Below are positions 22,660 to 36,605 of a stretch of 64,000 nt of DNA, one piece after another. A model generated the notes under the pieces. It saw nothing but the letters and a program-made list of their open reading frames with translations. It was not told the origin of the DNA and did not search any database. A program made the position numbers and the translations under genes. The DNA is taken from NCBI GenBank assembly GCA_002269645.1, contig NIVC01000146.1:186001-250000 (forward strand). Reading direction: 5' to 3'. Origin of the DNA: Macrostomum lignano (lineage: Eukaryota). Numbering within the stretch: position 1 is the stretch's first letter; each line of letters opens with the position of its first letter.

Positions 22660-23640
22660 TATCCTGACCCATTCTATCCTTGACCCATTCTATCCTGACC
22701 CATTCTATCCTTGACCCATTCTATCCTGACCCATTCTATCCTGACCCATTCTATCCTGACCCATTCTATCCTGACCCATTGTATCCTGACCCATTGTATC
22801 CTGACCCAGTCTATCCTGACCCAGTCTATCCTGACCCATTCTATCCTGACCCATTCTATCCTGACCCATTCTATCCTGACCCATTGTATCCTGACCCATT
22901 CTATCCTGACCCATTCTATCCTGACCCATTCTATCCTGACCCATTCTATCCTGACCCATTGTATCCTGACCCATTGTATCCTGACCCATTGTATCCTGAC
23001 CCATTCTATCCTGACCCATTCTATCCTGACCCATTCTATCCTGACCCATTCTATCCTGACCCATTCTATCCTGACCCATTCTATCCTGACCCATTCTATC
23101 CTGACCCATTCTATCCTGACCCATTCTATCCTGACCCATTCTATCCTGACCCATTCTATCCTGACCCATTCTATCCTGACCCATTCTATCCTGACCCATT
23201 CTATCCTGACCCATTCTATCCTGACCCATTCTATCCTGACCCATTCTATCCTGACCCATTCTATCCTGACCCATTCTATCCTGACCCATTCTATCCTGAC
23301 CCATTCTATCCTGACCCATTCTATCCTGACCCATTCTATCCTGACCCATTCTATCCTGACCCATTCTATCCTGACCCATTCTATCCTGACCCATTCTATC
23401 CTGACCCATTCTATCCTGACCCATTCTATCCTGACCCATTCTATCCTGACCCATTCTATCCTGACCCATTCTATCCTGATCCACTAAATCCTGACCCACT
23501 AAATCCTGACCTGCTAAATCCTGACCCACTAAATCCTGACCCACTAAATCCTGACCTGCTAAATGCTGACCCACTAAATCCTGACCCACTAAATCCTGAC
23601 CTGCTAAATCCTGACCCACTATATCCCGACCTACTTAAAT
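22660..23640. repeat. 15-bp minisatellite (CTGACCCATTCTATC); mirror at 54900-55820
   Basis: Direct reading. Confidence 0.98.
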
Positions 23641-25494
23641 CCCTATATTGCAAAGACTCAATCAGAGTCTTATTGTCACTGCCGTCTGCAGTGCTATGTT
23701 GGCATGCAAGGATAACAAAGGCAGTTTAGTTTGGTCATAAGTGTGAATTTGTTGGGCAAAGTCACACCTATGAGCAGCGTATAGAAACTGTGAAAGGATT
23801 AACTTGCGGCCACTGTGGAGTACGAGGCGGTCAGTAACAAACAATAATCTGCTCGAATCCTCTTGTTTATCTGGTCAAGCGGGCCCCATACTGCATGGCT
23901 GTTAGCGGATTAAAGCTCGCATCTGTGATGGCCAAACTCATTAGCGAGTTATGCAAACTCAGTTTTTTGTCACTGTTAAATCCGAGCTGTTGCCATGCAG
24001 AACTGCAATCGCGCTTCCTTCTCTCCAGATTCGAACTTGGAGTTGGAAAGAAATTTAGTAAAGAAAAAAAAAATTTTTTACTTGAAACTGCGCCATGCAC
24101 TGAGAACGGAGCTGGCCGAAGGAAGAGAAGAGAGACAAACAGCTACTGCGCTGGATACACAAGTAGCTCGCCACTGTCGCCATAGCAACCGCGGCATCAA
24201 TTTCTTAGGGCGAATCTCTTTTTTTAAAAATGTAATGTAGCAAAAGCAGTTCAAATGATATAATGTATGAAATGTATAGTCGTGACTTTCTTCTCAAATA
24301 TTGAGGACGCGCAGGTCGCCACGTGGGCAGAAGCAGCAGCAGCACTGGCTGATGCGAAATTGCGAGCTGAGATTGCGAGTCCAGGCAAGCGGAAGAATGG
24401 AAACTCAGAAGAGCTCAGAGTCAGTCAGAGAAGAGAGCTGCATGCCCCGACTCCGATGCAGTTGGAAACTTTGCTTTCGGGCGAGAGGTGGGGGGTGGCA
24501 GAGTCTCTCCTGAGCTCCCCGGCTGTCTCTGCGCTGTCACCGCCAGAGGCCTGCCAAAATCCCATGACCTCATTATGCTAATGCGCGACCCACCAGAAAT
24601 CTCCTGCAGTTGCCAAGCCGCTGGGGCACTTGATTAAAAATTCAAATCAGCTGCGGACACAAGAGGATTCTGGATGGCCAATCTCCATCCCTCAGTTCCT
24701 CATCAAAGCTTTAACCCTTCAGCATTTGGAATCGATCCATCTCAGCCCGAGCAGAGGCTGCTGACTGATGGAGCCGGCCGGCCCTGTGCTTCCCTGCTCG
24801 AGACATGAAAAAAACAACACACACGCACAAAATCATTTCTGCCGTCTCCAAGACCTAACTGAATAATTAATGAAGAGCATATTATTATTGTTAAACAACA
24901 AACTCCTCTTTGTAGACTTGATTCATGATCGACTGGCTTGAGTAGTTTCACAAAATGGCGCAAAGTCAAGATTTGAGAATCTGGGGGGGGGGGGCATGGC
25001 GTGATCAACATCGCGTGTTGGCCGGTTTTATGCCAGTTTCGTGCGGTCTAAAATATGGGTAGAGACGGACCAAAGGGATTCTTCTGTAGGACCGGTGGCG
25101 GGCGAGCGACCATCGACGGAATCCCGAAGCCCAGTCTCTTTTGTCAGCTGGTTATCTTGGGGGGGGGGCATTGGTTACCTACTCTGCACGCTATGCGGCC
25201 TCAGCTGCCACCCACTGGCCTTGGAGACTCCTTGGATTGAAAATCTGGGGACTCGGAGCAAATCTCTACGGTGCTAAACCGACTTTGAGCAGGGGGTCAT
25301 TATCGGATTATTCGAGCGTAAGGCAGGCCGGCAGTGGCGGAGAAGAACTGAGGGCCAAGTGAGACAGGGCAGCTCAGATCTCCAGACTCTCGCAAATCGC
25401 CATCGCTCTGATATTGAGGCGGATGAGATATGACTTTTCAGGGCCAAAGCCGCTACGGCTATCTGCAATCTGCAGGGAAGTTGAGTGACTTACA

Positions 25495-26000
25495 GCTATC
25501 TACCCCTGTCCACTCTTGCATCCTACTCTACCTACTTCCAATTCTCTCTCCACTTTCTACACCCTACTCTACCTACTTCCCTTTCTCTCTCCACTTTCTA
25601 CACCCTACTCTACCTACTCCCCCCTCTCTCTCCACTTTCTACACCCTACTCTACCTACTTCCCCTTCTCTCTCCACTTTCTACACCCTACTCTACCTACC
25701 TACCCTTCTCTCTCCACTTTCTACACCCTACTCTACCTACCTACTCTTCTCTCTCCACTCTCACAGCCTACTCTACCTACCTACCCTTCTCTCTCCACTC
25801 TCACAGCCTACTCAACCTACCTACCCTTCTCTCTCCACTCTCACAGCCTACTCAACCTACCTACCCTTCTCTCTCCACTCTCACAGCCTACTCAACCTAC
25901 CTACCCTTCTCTCTCCACTCTCACAGCCTACTCAACCTACCTACCCTTCTCTCTCCACTCTCACAGCCTACTCAACCTACCTACCCTTCTATATCCACTC
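25495..26000. repeat. ~40-bp pyrimidine-rich minisatellite (CTACCTACCCTTCTCTCTCCACTCTCACAGCCTACTCAAC); mirror at 52625-53060
   Basis: Direct reading. Confidence 0.93.
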
Positions 26001-26679
26001 GCTTCTCTCTCTGCGTTCCCATCTAGCATCCCAGCGCAGTCTCGCAGGGCAGATCGATTGCCAGCAAAACAGAAGCCGCGCGCAGCAAAGAGGAGAAAAG
26101 AATTTTTACATTTACGCGCAGCAGTCGCAAAAACATCCCGCGGGGCATTTTTCCCTTTAACCTGATTTTCCGCTCGCCTGGCGGCACAGGCCCGCGAGTT
26201 GGGGATGAGGGGCGCCGCTGATTGCGGAATGCAGGTAGGCTGAGAAGCCTGGAAACGAAAGGCAAATGACAGACGAAGGCCCCGGAGAGGCTGCAGGAAG
26301 CTGCTCATGGGAAACCCGCAGGAGGGGCACCGGTGAAGAGAAGGAGGATAATTCTGCGAGGTGCATTTATCCCAAGCCTCTGCTAATTTGTGTGTTGGGG
26401 ATGCGGAGAGCTGTGGGAAATCCTTTTCAGCCCCTCCCGCTCTCAGGCCTGACCCGTTCTCCCCAGGGATATTTATCCCACACCGAATACTCGAGGTGCG
26501 CATCGCTGCGTCCCACAGACCGGGGTCCATTAGAATCTCGTTTTCGTCTCGTCCTGGCTGCCTTTGCTTCTCCTGTGTTCTCAAAGCTGCTTGGGTCAGG
26601 AAAAACAGGTGCTGCAAATTCACTGGGAGACTCGCAATGATGGCAAATATTACCGATTGATCTATAGTGGGGGAGGCTG

Positions 26680-28290
26680 AAGACCAGCATCCGAGTGATT
26701 TTAGGGGCGGAAGACCGGCATCCGAGTGATTTAGGGGGCGGAAGACGAGCATCCGAGTGATTTGGGGGGGGCGGAAGACCGGCATCTGAGTGATTTGGGG
26801 GGCGGAAGACCAGCATCCGAGTGATTTGGGGGGCGGAAGATCGGCATCCGAGTGATCTGGGGGGCGGAAGACCAGCATCCGAGTGATTTGGGGGGGGGGG
26901 GGCGGAAGACCTGCATTTGAGTGATTTGGGTGAAGACCTGCTCCAAGCGGTACGGGGGGGGGCGGAAGACCTGCTCCAAGCGGTACAGGGGGGGCGGAAG
27001 ACCTGCTACAAGTGGTACAGGGGGGCGGAAGACCTGCTCCAAGCGGTACAGGGGGCGGAAGACCTGCTCCAAGCGGTACAGGGGGGCGGAAGACCTGCTC
27101 CAAGCGGTACGGGGGGCGGAAGACCTGCTCCAAGCGGTACAGGGGGGGGGGGGGCGGAAGACCTGCTCCAAGCGGTACAGGGGGGGGGGGCGGAAGACCT
27201 GCTCCAAGCGGTACAGGGGGCGGAAGACCTGCTCCAAGCGGTACAGGGGGGCGGAAGACCTGCTCCAAGCGGTACGGGGGCGGAAGACCTGCTCCAAGCG
27301 GTACAGGGGGGGGGCGGAAGACCTGCTCCAAGCGGTACAGGGGGGGGGCGGAAGACCTGCTCCAAGCGGTACAGGGGGGCGGAAGAACTGCTCCAAGCGA
27401 TACAAGGGGGGGGGGCGGAAGACCTGCTCCAAGCGGTACGGGGGGCGGAAGACCTGCTCCAAGCGGTACAGGGGGGGCGGAAGACCTGCTCCAAGCGGTA
27501 CAGGGGGGGCGGAAGACCTGCTCCAAGCGGTACAGTGGGGGGGGCGGAAGACCTGCTCCAAGCGGTACAGGGGGGCGGAAGACCTGCTTCAAGCGATACA
27601 GGGGGGGGGGACGGAAGACCTGCTCCAAGCGGTGCGAGGGGCGGAAGACCTGCTCCAAGCGGTGCGAGGGGCGGAAGACCTGCTCCAAGCGGTACAGGGG
27701 GGGGGGCGGAAGACCTGCTCCAAGCGGTACAGGGGGGGGGGCGGAAGACCTGCTCCAAGCGGTACAGGGGGGCGAAGACCTGCTCCAAGCGGTACGGGGG
27801 CGGAAGACCTGCTCCAAGCGGTACAGGGGGGGGCGGAAGACCTGCTCCAAGCGGTACAGGGGGGGGGGCGGAAGACCTGCTCCAAGCGGTACAGGGGGGC
27901 GGAAGAACTGCTCCAAGCGATACAAGGGGGGGGGGCGGAAGACCTGCTCCAAGCGGTACGGGGGCGGAAGACCTGCTCCAAGCGGTACAGGGGGGCGGAA
28001 GACCTGCTCCAAGCGGTACAGGGGGGCGGAAGACCTGCTCCAAGCGGTACAGTGGGGGGGGCGGAAGACCTGCTCCAAGCGGTACAGGGGGGCGGAAGAC
28101 CTGCTTCAAGCGATACAGGGGGGGGGCGGAAGACCTGCTCCAAGCGGTGCGAGGGGCGGAAGACCTGCTCCAAGCGGTACAGGGGGGGGGCGGAAGACCT
28201 GCTCCAAGCGGTACAGGGGGGGGCGGAAGACCTGCTCCAAGCGGTACAGTGGGGGGGGGGCGGAAGACCTGCTCCAAGCGGCACAGGGAG
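26680..28290. repeat. Two-part ~30-bp minisatellite sharing GGCGGAAGACC; mirror at 51230-51950
   Basis: Direct reading: ...AGCATCCGAGTGATTT units followed by ...TGCTCCAAGCGGTACA units. Confidence 0.96.
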
Positions 28291-29814
28291 GACGGCAGAA
28301 GCCAGTCTCCACTGAAGCGAGCCGGCGGGAAGACAGCCAATGACAGGCGAATTCGATTACTCCAAGACTAAAGTCATTCGGACAAACAAGATGCAAATCG
28401 CTGAGCTCGCTACCCCAATTCAGCTTCTCTTTGTGCTGATTGAATTTCTCTGCACACGGCTTGAAAAGTTCTCAAAGGCCAAAATTATCAGTTCTAAGAG
28501 CGATGATGGCGCAGTCCCGCTGGATCCAGCATCCCGCGTATGATGAGGCCAGCAAATTCTTCCCAAGCAGACCTCCCGCTGGGCAAATCACATGGCAAAG
28601 CGGTGTTTGCAAAACGTCCTGAGCATAGGGCTCAGATTCCCGACCCACAATGGGGATAAATTCCTGCGGATCAGTGCAGCAGAAAATCTGCCTCCCTATC
28701 GGAACTCTGGAGGGACTTAACCTCCCCTGCAATCTCCCTCTCAGAACTGAGCGCCTTCCCCATTCACCGCGGGAGTTCCCAGCCGCACCGCCAATGGTAA
28801 GAGGAAGGCCCAGCAGACAAAATACTTTGGAAAAAAAGCTTTTGTCTTCCGGTTGCTTTCGTCACAAAGTGTCGGCAACTCGGCGGCGACGGCGGCCCAG
28901 GTTCGAGTCCCGAGTCCGTGGAGCGCCGGGGGGTTGGGGAGGGGGCAAGCGATCAAGACTTCGGCGGGGCTGGAGGGGAGAAAGGGGAGCGCAGAGCGAC
29001 TTTGTGCGCGGGCAGGCAAGCGGAAGACGGGGGGGGTCTGCGGGCTGTTTGTGGGAGCCGCGGTGGCGGTCAGCGGAGCGGAAGGAGCTCAGAGGGGGGG
29101 GGACATCTGCAGCTTGGGCCCGCAGGTCTTGGGAAAATCTGAGAATTCCAGCCCAGGCCGTGTGTAGAGAGGCCGGTCTGAGAACCCCGAGAGAGAGAGA
29201 GAGAGGGTGAGCATAGCAACTATCGCTATTTACTCTGGGAACAGCGCGAGAGAAATGAGCGAGAACTTATTTATGAACCGGCGACTCAATCAGGTGCCTC
29301 ATCGGCTTGTTGGAGTATTATTTTCGATATCAAAAGCCGGTGTTGTTAAAGTCGTGGCCTGAGGATATTGGGTTACTGAGGCGCCCCCCCCCCTTGATCC
29401 CCGCCCCTCCTGGATGGCGGCTTTGCACTGCTGCTCAAACAATGCAATAACAACAATTTTGCGACTCAAGAGTCGTTGAGGCGCGCGCGAATCTCAGATC
29501 CCAAGCCGAGTTATCTTGACGTTTCATCTCTGCTTTCTACTCTCTCCTCCGCACATATCCAGCTGTAGCCATCTCGCTATCAACTTCACCGAGATCGGCA
29601 AGATTGATCAGCTGTGAAGTGTGTCACTCACTTTTGTCTATGTACCCAATTATTAATTACCTACAGATCACCTGACTGACGTATCGATGTGACTTTCAGA
29701 CGCCTTGAATCTGAATCTTGACAATGGAGCTCTAATTGAAATAATGTGCATGTACCATTGCTGGGTCTGGGCCGTCTGGTTCGGAATCTGTAGCCTTACA
29801 TGTATTGGGAGAAA

Positions 29815-30265
29815 GGGATGGAAGCTGCAGGTATGGAAGCTGCATGGATGGAAGCTGCATGGATGGAAGCTGCATGGATGGAAGCTGCATGGATGGAAGC
29901 TGCATGGATGGAAGCTGCATGGATGGAAGCTGCATGGATGGAAGCTGCATGGATGGAAGCTGCATGGATGGAAGCTGCATGGATGGAAGCTGCATGGATG
30001 GAAGCTGCATGGATGGAAGCTGCATGGATGGAAGCTGCATGGATGGAAGCTGCATGGATGGAAGCTGCATGGATGGAAGCTGCATGGCATTGGGGAATGG
30101 AAGCTGGCATTGGGGAATGGAGGCTGGCATTGGGGAATGGAGGCTGGCATTGGGGAATGGAAGCTGGTATTGGATAATGGAAGCTGGTATTGGGGAATGG
30201 AAGCTGGTATTGGGGAATGGAAGCTGGTATTGGATAATGGAAGCTGGTATTGGGGAATGGAGGCT
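29815..30265. repeat. 15-bp (GGAAGCTGCATGGAT) then ~21-bp (GGAAGCTGGCATTGGGGAAT) arrays; mirror at 49385-49700
   Basis: Direct reading. Confidence 0.96.
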
Positions 30266-31035
30266 GGCAGCAATGGGATAACTAAGTATCGTTATTGGGA
30301 TAACTACGAACGAATTTGGTTTTTAAACACGCACTGATGCAGATCGCACAAATGCTCCCAACTCATGCAGGATGCCAGTTTGATCAACAGATCAGGCAGG
30401 GCTGAGGATCCCTCGCAGGCACGCGAGGATGCCGCTAGCGCCCTCAGCGATCAGCAGCAGCTGATAGTGGCTCCCCCTAAGCGAACGAGTGAGAAACGCG
30501 TGGGGAAGGAGCTCCAGAGCAGAAGGCGAATGCAGGTGCGGTAATTAGGGGAAGCGGTGGGGTGAGCAGTGCGTGCTCGGAGCAAAGGCTAACAAGTTGG
30601 GATCACAAAGCAGTCAAAGCGAGGATTTGAGAAGATGGAGCTCGGAGCAGCGCAGACCTGTAAAGACTTTAATACGAGTTCTAAAAGCAAAAAAAAAGAC
30701 TAAAGCTGAGAGGCTGCATCGAAATTGAAATTCGCCATCATGATACGAGGTGTGGCCAAAAAATAATAATAGAGAATATGGGACTCAAACGTCAGATCGG
30801 CTAATGGGGTGCTCAGTGCTCACAGCACAGCAGACTTTGTCAAATCTTGCTGGCTGTGGCGGCCCAGCCGGGCGTGAAATCGGGGTTGTGAAAGGGAGAT
30901 GGGGGGGGGCTGCGGGATGCGGGGCTCCGTATGGGGCCAAGGAGATCTGGGACTAGGAAGCTGGGGTGCTGGAGGCCCGATAAAACAGCGGCTCTGAACA
31001 AAAGCTTAAAACTGCTGTCAATACTTTTGCTTTTA

Positions 31036-31200
31036 CAAGCTCAAAACTTCACAAGCTCGAAACTTCACAAGCTCGAAACTTCACAAGCTCGAAACTTCAC
31101 AAGCTCGAAACTTCACAAGCTCGAAACTTCACAAGCTCAAAACTTCACAAGCTCGGAACTTCACAAGCTCGGAACTTCACAAGCTCGGAACTTCACAAGT
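31036..31200. repeat. 16-bp minisatellite (AAGCTCGAAACTTCAC), 10 units; identical mirror at 48462-48628
   Basis: The order of unit variants is the same in both arms. Confidence 0.96.
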
Positions 31201-32019
31201 GTTTGTCGAATTCAATCAAGTTTGCGAGCCAGCGGAAGCAACTGGAAATTTTCAAGCTTGTCAAACACTCCCTTCCAGGTCCTTGCACTGGGCCTCCTTG
31301 GCTGGGAGAAAGTGGCCAAGGCATTCGAGGAGGGGAGCCAGCAAGCGAAACTCCCTCCAGTTCGCTTGGCTGAATGCGGAACAATTTCCCCAGCTCTGGG
31401 AGTTCGATCAGTCGCTCGCATAGGCATCGAAGGTTTTAGGGGATAAATTTCCCAAACACGAAACAGAAAAATCTCGCCCCTGCCGCGTGTTGATTCTCAA
31501 TTCGTCCCCGGGTTGTGGCGAATGTTTGTCCGCCTGGGGGTCCGGGTAGCTCCGGTTCAATTAGGCCACTTTGTTTGCGCACCGCATGCAGGTCCCCGGC
31601 GAGCCCCGGGGCTCCGCAGGGCTCATCATTATAGTTTTCCGCTTGGCTTCAGCCAATCAGAGAGAGAAAGTTCTGAGCAAGAGGTGCGCACAGGACTCCG
31701 TGGACGCGACTTGCAAGAGGAAACTCTTGATCAAGAAACATTCGAAGGGGCAAAAGAGACGCACTGACAACTCTGTGTGTTGTTTCTGTTGTTGATTTGC
31801 CTACTTGGCAGCGCGAAAAAGATGTTGATCTCGAGTTTCGCAAGTTTTCTCACCTTTGATTAATCATTCAGGACTGTGGATCAGCTTTCGGGTTCAGTCA
31901 GGTGAATATTCGATGTTCGTAAACCCAATTGATTACAAGTAAGTCTACACTTCCCACTTACTCGTAAATATTCAAGATCCACAATGTTACCCATCTTGTA
32001 CATTTAGAATGTTGTCAGT

Positions 32020-32985
32020 TGGGTTCTAATCTGCGCTCTCTGGATTCTAATCTGGCGCTCTCTAGATTCTAATCTGGCGCTCTCCAGATTCTAATTTGTC
32101 GCTCTCTAAATTCTAATCTGGCGCTCTCTGGATTCTAATCTGGCGCTCTCTGGATTCTAATCTGGCGCTCTAATAGATTCTAATCTGGCGCTCTCCTAGA
32201 TTCTAATCTGGCGCTCTCCTAGATTCTAATCTGGCGCTCTCTGGATTCTAATCTGGCGCTCTCTGGATTCTAATCTGGCGCTCTCCTAGATTCTAATCTG
32301 GCGCTCTAATAGATTCTAATCTGGCGCTCTCCTAGATTATAATCTGGCGCTCTCCTAGATTCTAATCTGGCGCTCTCTGGATTCTAATCTGGCGCTCTCC
32401 TAGATTCTAATCTGGCGCTCTCCTAGATTCTAATCTGGCGCTCTCCTAGATTCTAATCTGGCGCTCTCCTAGATTCTAATCTGGCGCTCTCTGGATTCTA
32501 ATCTGGCGCTCTCTGGATTCTAATCTGGCGCTCTCCTAGATTCTAATCTGCGCTCTCCTGGATTCTAATCTGGCGTTCTCTGGATTCTAATCTGGCGCTC
32601 TCCTAGATTCTAATCTGCGCTCTCTGGATTCTAATCTGGCGCTCTCTGGATTCTAATCTGGCGCTCTCTGGATTCTAATCTGGCGCGCTCTGGATTCTAA
32701 TCTGTCGCTCTCTGGATTCTAATCTGGCGCTCTCTGTGTTCTAATCTGGCGCTCTCTGGATTCTAATCTGGCGCTCTCTGGATTCTAATCTGGCGCTCTC
32801 TGGATTCTAATCTGGCGCTCTCTGGATTCTAATCTGGCGCTCTCTGGATTCTAATCTGGCGCTCTCTGGATTCTAATCTGGCGCTCTCTGGATTCTAATC
32901 TGGCGCTCTCTGGATTCTAATCTGGCGCTCTCTGGATTCTAATCTGGCGCTCTCTGGATTCTAATCTGGCGCTCTCTGTGTTCTA
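32020..32985. repeat. 22-bp minisatellite (TGGATTCTAATCTGGCGCTCTC); mirror at 46750-47640
   Basis: Direct reading. Confidence 0.97.
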
Positions 32986-33774
32986 AGTGACCTATTTGAA
33001 CAGTGTTGTAAACTGGAGTCCCCGCAGAAAGTGAACAAAGCGGTTCATCAATTAGAAACTGATGCTCCATCGGGAGAGGCTGGTGTCGCAAATGAGTGAC
33101 AAAGGAAATTCAAACCCGGCCCAACAAGAGAGGCTCACACCGGCTGTGAGCACCAGCGCAGCCAGCGCACTTGAGCACGAAGGTGCTCGAGCAAGGGCAC
33201 CTGGGTCCCGTAGTACCGTGGGATGGGGGAGGCTTACAGGAGGAAGCCAAGGCAGAATTGGGAAGACTGCAGATTCGCACGCAGCGGAGAGGCCCTCGAA
33301 TGATCAGCGACTGCATGGGAAATGGGATCGCTGGGAGACAGACCCCCCCCCCGGATCCCCCAATAAATGCGCGCACGGCTGACCGAGCGCAGGAGAGAAC
33401 GCGCCAGGTAAGGCTTTATAAGCCCGATGGAGAAGGGAAGCTGGAGAGCGGGGACGCTGGACCCCCCTTTGACGGGGACCACTATCCGTAGCCTGTCTGG
33501 GGATTTGCCCGGGCCCTCGAATTCGGTTGATCGAATTCGAATATTGGGAATAAAATAAGGAGAAGGGCAGGCAGGCCTTGCCGAAGTCAAGAAGGGATTT
33601 CTTCTCGAGCTTTTTTGCTCCTCTCGCCGATCCTCTTTGTCTGCTCTGCCCCCCTCCCCGATCGCAGACTTTGAAGCCCGGATCTCAACGAGAGGCTTCT
33701 CTCGCCGCGCCACCGTGACATGGTCGTATTTTTACGAGCTACTAAAATTCTTACACCATTCTACTTTTTACCAG

Positions 33775-36605
33775 GGCGCCCCTGACAATGGTGTCCTTAA
33801 GGTGGTGCCCCTGACGATGGTGTCCCCAAGATGGCGCCCCTGACGATGGTGTCCCCAAGGTGGCGCCCCTGACAATGGTGTCCCCAAATTGGCGGCGCCC
33901 CTGACAATGGTGTCCCCAAATTGGCGGCGCCCCTGACAATGGTGTCCCCAAATTGGCGGCGCCCCTGACAATGGTGTCCCCAAATTGGCGGCGCCCCTGA
34001 CAATGGTGTCCCCAAATTGGCGGCGCCCCTGACAATGGTGTCCCCAAATTGGCGGCGCCCCTGACAATGGTGTCCCCAAATTGGCGGCGCCCCTGACAAT
34101 GGTGTCCCCAAGATGGCGCCCCTGACAATGGTGTCCCCAAATTGGCGGCGCCCCTGACAATGGTGTCCCCAAATTGGCGGCGCCCCTGACAATGGTGTCC
34201 CCAAGATGGCGCCCCTGACAATGGTGTCCCCAAGATGGCGCCCCTGACGATGGTGTCCCCAAGGTGGCGCCCCTGACAATGGTGTCCCCAAATTGGCGGC
34301 GCCCCTGACAATGGTGTCCCCAAATTGGCGGCGCCCCTGACAATGGTGTCCCCAAATTAGCGGCGCCCCTGACAATGGTATCTACAATGGTGTCCCCAAA
34401 TTAACGGCGTCCCTGGCAATGGTGTCCTTAAGGTGGTGCCCCTGACGATGGTGTCCCCAAGATGGCGCCCCTGACGATGGTGTCCCCAGGGTGGCGCCCC
34501 TGACAATGGTGTCCCCAAATTGGCGGCGCCCCTGACAATGGTGTCCCCAAATTGGCGGCGCCCCTGACAATGGTGTCCCCAAATTGGCGGCGCCCCTGAC
34601 AATGGTGTCCCCAAATTGGCGGCGCCCCTGACAATGGTGTCCCCAAGATGGCGCCCCTGACAATGGTGTCCCCAAATTGGCGGCGCCCCTGACAATGGTG
34701 TCCCCAAATTGGCGGCGCCCCTGACAATGGTGTCCCCAAGATGGCGCCCCTGACAATGGTGTCCCCAAGATGGCGCCCCTGAAGATGGTGTCCCCAAGAT
34801 GGCGCCTCTGACAATGGTGTCCCCAAGATGGCGCCTCTGACAATGGTGTCCCCAAGATGGCGCCTCTGACAATGGTGTCCCCGAGGTGGCGCCCCTGACA
34901 ATGGTGTCCCCGAGGTGGCGCCCCTGAAGATGGTGTCCCCGAGGTGGCACCCCTGAAGATGGTGTCCCCAAGATGGCGCCCCTGACGATGGGGTCCCCAA
35001 GGTGGCGCCCCTGAAGATGGTGTCCCCAAGATGGCGCCTCTGACAATGGTGTCCCCAAGATGGCGCCCCTGACAATGGTGTCCCCAAGGTGGCGCCCCTG
35101 AAGATGGTGTCCCCAAGGTGGCGCCCCTGAAGATGGTGTCCCCAAGATGGCGCCCCTGAAGATGGTGTCCCCAAGGTGGCGCCCCTGAAGATGGTGTCCC
35201 CAAGATGGCGCCCCTGAAGATGGTGTCCCCAAGGTGGCGCCCCTGAGGATGGTGTCCCCAAGGTGGCGCCCCTGAAGATGGTGTCCCCAAGGTGGCGCCC
35301 CTGAAGATGGTGTCCCTAAGATGGCGCCCCTGACAATGGTGTCCCCGAGGTGGCACCCCTGAAGATGGTGTCCCCAAGATGGCCGCCCTGACGATGATGT
35401 CCCCAAGATGGCGCCCCTGAAGATGGTGTCCCCAAGGTGGCGCCCCTGACGATGGGGTCCCCAAGGTGGCGCCCCTGAAGATGGTGTCCCCAAGATGGCG
35501 CCTCTGACAATGGTGTCCCCAAGATGGCGCCTCTGACAATGGTGTCCCCAAAATGGCGCCTCTGACAATGGTGTCCCCGAGGTGGCGCCCCTGACAATGG
35601 TGTCCCCGAGGTGGCGCCCCTGAAGATGGTGTCCCCGAGGTGGCACCCCTGAAGATGGTGTCCCCAAGATGGTGCCCCTGACAATGGTGTCCCCAAGGTG
35701 GCGCCCCTGAAGATGGTGTCTTCAAGGTGGCGCCCCTGAAGATGGTGTCTTCAAGGTGGCGCCCCTGAAGATGGTGTCCCCAAGGTGGCGCCCCTGAAGA
35801 TGGTGTCCCCAAGATGGCGCCCCTGAAGATGGTGTCCCAAGGTGGCGCCCCTGAAGATGGTGTCCCCAAGATGGCGCCCCTGACAATGGTGTCCCCAAGA
35901 TGGCGCCCCTGAAGATGGTGTCCCCAAGATGGCGCCCCTGAAGATGGTGTCCCCAAGGTGGCGCCCCTGAGATGGTGTCCCCAAGGTGGCGCCCCTGAAG
36001 ATGGTGTCCCCAAGTGGCGCCCCTGAAGATGGTGTCCCTAAGATGGCGCCCCTGACAATGGTGTCCCCGAGGTGGCACCCCTGAAGATGGTGTCCCCAAG
36101 GTGGCGCCCCTGAAGATGGTGTCCCCAAGATGGCGCCCCTGAAGATGGTGTCCCCAAGGTGGCGCCCCTGAAGATGGTGTCCCCAAGATGGCGCCCCTGA
36201 AGATGGTGTCCCCAAGGTGGCGCCCCTGAAGATGGTGTCCCCAAGTGGCGCCCCTGAAGATGGTGTCCCTAAGATGGCGCCCCTGACAATGGTGTCCCCA
36301 AGGTGGCGCCCCTGACAATGGTGTCCCCAAGATGGCCGCCCTGACGATGGTGTCCCCAAGATGGCGGCCCTGACGATGGTGTCCCCAAGGTGGCGCCCCT
36401 GAAGATGGTGTCCCCAAAGTGGCGCCCCTGAAGATGGTGTCCCTAAGATGGCGCCCCTGACAATGGTGTCCCCAAGGTGGCGCCCCTGACAATGGTGTCC
36501 CCAAGATGGCCGCCCTGACGATGGTGTCCCCAAGATGGCGGCCCTGACGATGGTGTCCCCAAGGTGGCACCCCTGACGATGGTGTCCCCAAGGTAGCGCC
36601 CCCTG
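33775..36605. repeat. 29-32-bp minisatellite (GGCGCCCCTGACAATGGTGTCCCCAAGAT); mirror at 43310-45962
   Basis: Direct reading. Largest array in the window. Confidence 0.98.

Noticed and set aside
30865-30890. TTCACGCC as a Pax6 paired-domain autoregulatory site
   Set aside because: It matches only the first half of the consensus, which is expected by chance in a window this size.
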